DNA of 63,278 nt, filler included, from Thermodesulfobacteriota bacterium (GTDB taxonomy: Bacteria > DASVDK01): NCBI GenBank assembly GCA_036381125.1. It is 5 parts of 5 records of this genome, joined end to end, with 100 filler letters (N's around TTAATTAATTAA, not from the genome) between each part and the next. Parts side by side here need not be neighbours in the genome. Positions count along the whole stretch, not along the records: positions 60,611 to 63,278 come from DASVDK010000230.1; 4 more parts are not named here. One strand, given 5' to 3'. Position 1 is the first letter of the stretch. Each line of letters begins with the position of its first letter. Below are positions 62,228 through 63,278 of the stretch, piece by piece. Position numbers and translations under genes: made by a program. The notes beneath the pieces were generated by a model. That model ran no database searches. It was not told the origin of the DNA and worked only from the letters and a program-made list of their open reading frames with translations.

Positions 62228-63278
62228 ATGACCTTCGCCACGCGACAACCGGGGTCGTATCGACGCACCAAGATCGTCGTCACGCTGGGGCCCGCGAGCC
62301 GCAAGCCCGACGTCCTTCGCAGCCTCATCGAGGCGGGGGTCGACGTCGTCCGGCTGAACTTCTCGCACGGCACCCAGGAGCAGCACGAGGAGTCGATCAA
62401 CCTCGTCCGCGACATGGCGGATGCGCTCGACCGCCCGGTGGCCCTTCTCGCCGACCTGGCCGGCCCGAAGATCCGCATCGGCGAGTTCGAGGGGGACGGG
62501 GTGACGCTGGCGGCCGGCGACCGCTTCGTCCTCACCACGCGCGACGTGAAGGGGACCCAGTCGGGCGTCTCGGTCAACTACGCCGGCCTCCCCGGGGACC
62601 TGAAGCCGGGCGAACCGGTCCTCCTGAACGACGGGCTCCTCGAGCTGAAGGTCGAGCGCATCGACGGCCCCGACGTCCAGACGACCGTCGTCGTCGGCGG
62701 CCGCCTCACGTCCCACAAGGGCGTCGCCCTGCCGATGACCAAGCTCTCGCTCCCCTGCCTCACCCGGAAGGACCGCGCCGACCTCAAGTTCGGGCTCGAG
62801 CAGGGGATCGATTTCGTCGGCCTGTCGTTCGTGCGCCGCGCCGAGGACATCGCCGACGCCCGGGCGGTCATCGCCGACATGGGCTACGACACGCCGATCT
62901 GCGCGAAGATCGAGCTGCACGAGGCGCTCGACCACCTCGAGGCGATCACCGAGGCGGTCGACGCCCTCATGGTGGCCCGCGGCGACCTCGCCGTCGACAC
63001 GTCGTTCGAGCGCGTGCCGATGATCCAGAAGCGGCTCATCCGGCTCGCCAACCAGGCGGGCAAGCCGGTCATCACCGCCACGCAGATGCTCCGCTCCATG
63101 GTCGACAACCCCCGCCCGACGCGGGCCGAGGTTACCGACGTCGCGAGCGCGGTCTTCGACGGGACCGACGCGGTCATGCTCTCCGAGGAGAGCGCGGTGG
63201 GCCTCTACCCGGTCGAGACGGTCCGGGTCATGGACCGCATCGTGCGGGCAGCCGAGGCGGAGATGGACCTCGGCGGCG
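62228..63278 (+). CDS. pyk: Pyruvate kinase (runs off the window)
   Basis: [48 protein letters not shown]. Confidence 0.96.
   Translation, partial: MTFATRQPGSYRRTKIVVTLGPASRKPDVLRSLIEAGVDVVRLNFSHGTQEQHEESINLVRDMADALDRPVALLADLAGPKIRIGEFEGDGVTLAAGDRFVLTTRDVKGTQSGVSVNYAGLPGDLKPGEPVLLNDGLLELKVERIDGPDVQTTVVVGGRLTSHKGVALPMTKLSLPCLTRKDRADLKFGLEQGIDFVGLSFVRRAEDIADARAVIADMGYDTPICAKIELHEALDHLEAITEAVDALMVARGDLAVDTSFERVPMIQKRLIRLANQAGKPVITATQMLRSMVDNPRPTRAEVTDVASAVFDGTDAVMLSEESAVGLYPVETVRVMDRIVRAAEAEMDLGG

Overview
Very GC-rich bacterial DNA, apparently Gram-negative (outer-membrane barrel genes, sigma54 promoters; deltaproteobacterial-like by inference). The window is five contigs joined by artificial 100-nt N spacers carrying TTAATTAATTAA: 1-20105, 20206-32311, 32412-46832, 46933-60510 and 60611-63278. 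Adjacency across a spacer means nothing. Housekeeping genes include coxB/coxA, dnaE-accA, guaB-guaA, ppx, ilvA, the der tail, degQ, emrAB, phhB, moaA, cobO, iscA, mrp, pyk, tRNA-Cys and tRNA-Leu(UAA). Several highlights are not visible in the ORF track. (1) A sigma54 promoter drives a GEMM-I riboswitch with the A20 signature of 3',3'-cGAMP sensors, upstream of a canonical PilZ-REC-GGEEF diguanylate cyclase and a PilZ protein. (2) A PrdB/GrdB-like selenoprotein has an in-frame UGA (UxxC) and a clear SECIS-like hairpin. (3) A phage-satellite/PICI-like element is integrated at tRNA-Leu, with a back-to-back leaderless switch, a frameshift-split primase-helicase, an inverted-iteron origin and a HEXXH peptidase. 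(4) A CX8CX2C radical SAM gene is coupled to a Mo-oxidoreductase, ahead of an Rrf2-TusA-CobO-IscA-MoaA-Mrp cofactor cluster. (5) Several gene relics have large internal deletions. All family calls come from motif recognition by eye; no database searches were run.
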